The translations under genes were made by a program, and so were the position numbers. From IMG/VR virus record IMGVR_UViG_2846068587_000001: a stretch of 20,000 nucleotides of DNA, one strand, 5' to 3'. Within the stretch, counting starts at the first letter, position 1, and each line of letters opens with the position of its first letter. This document shows positions 18,297 through 20,000 of the stretch, in pieces. The DNA comes from an uncultured virus (IMG/VR IMGVR_UViG_2846068587_000001) (lineage: Duplodnaviria > Heunggongvirae > Uroviricota > Caudoviricetes). The notes under the pieces were generated by a model. The model worked only from the letters and a program-made list of their open reading frames with translations. It did no database searches and was not told the origin of the DNA.

Positions 18297-18855
18297 AACT
18301 ATATCTAGTATTTGCATTTTTTTGCTTCCAGGTTATAGCTGCCTGCTTGCTAACTCCAAAGATGGTACTGATGTCGTCTTCAGACATCGACGGGGTAACT
18401 AATCTGGCATCGATAAGGAAGTGACTAGCAAAAACATCAGCTTGCCATTCGCTATCTTCGTATATTTTATGTCCTCCAGGAACTTTGTCTCGGGCATAAG
18501 CTATCTGATTTCTATGCATTATCAGGTGCCCTAACTCATGCGCAACAGTAAAGCGGGCATGTTTATCGCCATCGCATAAAGCGTCATAGATGGATTGCTG
18601 TAACACAATTTTATTTTTATCTGGATAGGTTACAGCATAACGTCCTGGTAAGTTATGGTCTTCTACAATTTCTAGGTTAATGATCTCTGATTGCATGAGC
18701 GCTTCTAAAATAACCTCTAGCTTAAGATACGGCTTGTTTGTTATCTGAAGCATTTCTCTGAGGTTATCCCTGAAGTAATGTGCGTAAAATTTGATCTTGT
18801 TATGACTTAGAGGTGAAACGCGATGGCCAAGTTCTCGTTTCGCAGTGATCATCAT
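18295..18855 (-). CDS. ImmA/IrrE family (M78) zinc metallopeptidase
   Basis: 'ARFTVAHELGHLIMH' (HExxH), 'EWQADVFASHFL', and a C-terminal HTH-like 'ISTIFGVSKQAA'. Coupled to the HTH gene by a TGATG overlap. Confidence 0.93.
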   Translation of the reverse strand: MMITAKRELGHRVSPLSHNKIKFYAHYFRDNLREMLQITNKPYLKLEVILEALMQSEIINLEIVEDHNLPGRYAVTYPDKNKIVLQQSIYDALCDGDKHARFTVAHELGHLIMHRNQIAYARDKVPGGHKIYEDSEWQADVFASHFLIDARLVTPSMSEDDISTIFGVSKQAAITWKQKNANTRYS

Positions 18856-19205
18856 CAGTCCTTCAACATTTCATTGAGTTTATCTACCTGTTCAGGACTT
18901 AGTCCCTTAAACTTACGAGCAAAAGCAAGCATTAACTCTTTGTTTTGGTCTTCAGTGTTAGACATATCTACCTTTAGAGATGGCTGAGAAAGTTCAGCTT
19001 GTCTCTTCAAAGTCTCTAGTTCTTGGTCGCTTAATTTAAAATTAGTTGCTAATGAATGTATTAGGGAATCGGGAATGGCTCGCTTACCTAATTCGATTGC
19101 TGATAGATATGCTGAACTAACCCCAAGCATATCAGCCATGTTCTTGAGAACCATACCCCGGTCTATCCTCAGTTTTCTGAGAGTCTTACCAAAGCTAGTT
19201 ACCAT
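18855..19205 (-). CDS. XRE-family helix-turn-helix transcriptional regulator
   Basis: Start reassigned to ATG 19205 with SD AGGAGG; 116 aa; 'FGKTLRKLRIDRGMVLKNMADMLGVSSAYLSAIELGKRAIP'. Confidence 0.93.
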   Translation of the reverse strand: MVTSFGKTLRKLRIDRGMVLKNMADMLGVSSAYLSAIELGKRAIPDSLIHSLATNFKLSDQELETLKRQAELSQPSLKVDMSNTEDQNKELMLAFARKFKGLSPEQVDKLNEMLKD

Positions 19206-19233
19206 GTTGTGCCTCCTACATATCTCTTTATAC

Positions 19234-19262
19234 GTTATACAGAAAGCAAAACTCAATTTCAA
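19234..19262 (-). promoter_or_regulatory. Candidate sigma70 promoter of the HTH-peptidase operon
   Basis: TTGAAA-17 nt-TATAAC on the minus strand, 28 nt upstream of the ATG. Confidence 0.5.
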
Positions 19263-19506
19263 CAAAATCTGTAGAATAATTTCTCTGAACATGTGGATTC
19301 ACTCTACTCCTAAAGAGTCGGCCAAGCAAGACTGATTGATAAAAAACCCTACATATTGTGCTTGTTATGATTATGATTACATATATATGGTTTTTTTCCT
19401 AGTGTAAAGAGACTAGTGCCGCAAGTTCCCTCCCTCCTAACCAGGTCCTCTTCATTAAAGACTTCGAACGCAACACATCACCCTAGATCATGCCCCCTGT
19501 TGTAAC

Positions 19507-19554
19507 CGACAACAGTGGGGTAATGCTCGACAACACACGACAACACACGACAAC
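19507..19554 (+). repeat. Four CGACAAC direct repeats, candidate integrase arm-type sites
   Basis: Copies at 19507, 19528, 19538 and 19548; the last three have a 10-bp period. Located near the inferred att junction. Confidence 0.6.
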
Positions 19555-19836
19555 GCGTTGGAGTAGCTCATATCGAGGGGAGAGGTAGTTTCATCTGGTT
19601 ACAAATAAACCGCTGCTCAGGGGGGAGAAAGGAGGGCTACGCAGCGTCTTCTTCTGCCTATCATGCCCAGGAGGCGGTGAGCGGGCTGTGCAGCTGAGGG
19701 GCGATACTCGGCCAAATGGACTATTATCACTTGATGGAATTTTTCAGAATATTCTTGTGTGTTCAAGATATTAGCCGGAGGGTGGCTAGTGTAGGATAGG
19801 GCGGAAATGAGAATGTGCAGGCGATCGAAAAATCTG

Positions 19837-19849
19837 CAACTGATTGATT
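19837..19849 (-). promoter_or_regulatory. IHF-binding site next to the att core
   Basis: AATCAATCAGTTG matches the consensus WATCAANNNNTTR exactly. Confidence 0.55.
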
Positions 19850-19860
19850 TTGAAGTGGAT

Positions 19861-19963
19861 AAAAAAAGACCTGACACGATTCCTGTATCAGGTCTAGGGG
19901 AATGGCTCTTGTGGAGAGCCGTGCGCTAAAAGTTGGCATTATGCAGGCATGGATCGCCTTGCC
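19861..19963 (-). ncRNA. sdsR: SdsR (RyeB) small RNA
   Basis: The reverse complement GGCAAGGC...GCCTGCATAATGCCAACTTTTAGCGCACGGCTCT...GAGCCATT...ATACAGGAATCGTGT...GGTCTTTTTTT matches enterobacterial SdsR as I recall it. A sigmaS-type -10 (cTACGAT) lies at 19969-19975. Confidence 0.9.
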
Positions 19964-20000
19964 TATTAATCGTAGTGCATCTGTGGCGTTTTGCCAGTGA

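Larger units (their letters stand above)
1..19890. mobile_element. Prophage right arm (podovirus-like), probably integrated at the sdsR/ryeB 3' end
   Basis: Continuous virion operon, cargo cassette, arm-like repeats and IHF site, abutting a host sRNA known as a phage attB. The exact boundary cannot be fixed without the other att copy. Confidence 0.85.

Noticed and set aside
18295..19205. Naming the pair RosmerTA or CapH/CapP
   Set aside because: The HTH and peptidase are separate genes, with no large toxin or CBASS operon adjacent; only family-level similarity is supportable.
19206..19292. 29-aa N-terminal extension of the HTH protein
   Set aside because: A strong SD and a candidate promoter lie within the extension, so ATG 19205 is preferred.
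19507..19554. CGACAAC repeats as a CRISPR array
   Set aside because: The 7-10-bp units have no unique spacers and there are no cas genes nearby.
19617..19877. 86-aa minus-strand ORF
   Set aside because: It starts within the SdsR terminator, has no SD or recognisable motif, and crosses the inferred att junction.

Overview
This window is the right-hand end of an integrated temperate prophage in an Enterobacterales chromosome. From 1 to 17635 is a co-directional late/virion operon of podovirus-like (933W/Stx-phage-like) organisation: two adaptor-like genes, a tail fibre with fibre repeats and a collagen end, a tail structural protein, a J-like tail-tip protein, several probable ejection proteins, and a 2412-aa polyvalent protein (two zincin-like motifs, a PRTase domain and an LPD38-like C-terminus). 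The giant gene appears to hide two +1-frame small genes with their own ribosome-binding sites; one is followed by a terminator. From about 17700 to 19400 is an AT-richer cargo cassette on the minus strand: XRE-HTH regulator, then ImmA/IrrE peptidase, then two tandem modules. Each module is a structured leader that also carries an antisense promoter and terminator, followed by a related 46-47-aa microprotein; one microprotein is missing from the ORF track. The prophage probably ends at the 3' end of the host SdsR/RyeB sRNA (about 19861-19963), a known integration hotspot. Family assignments come from motif recognition by eye, not database searches.
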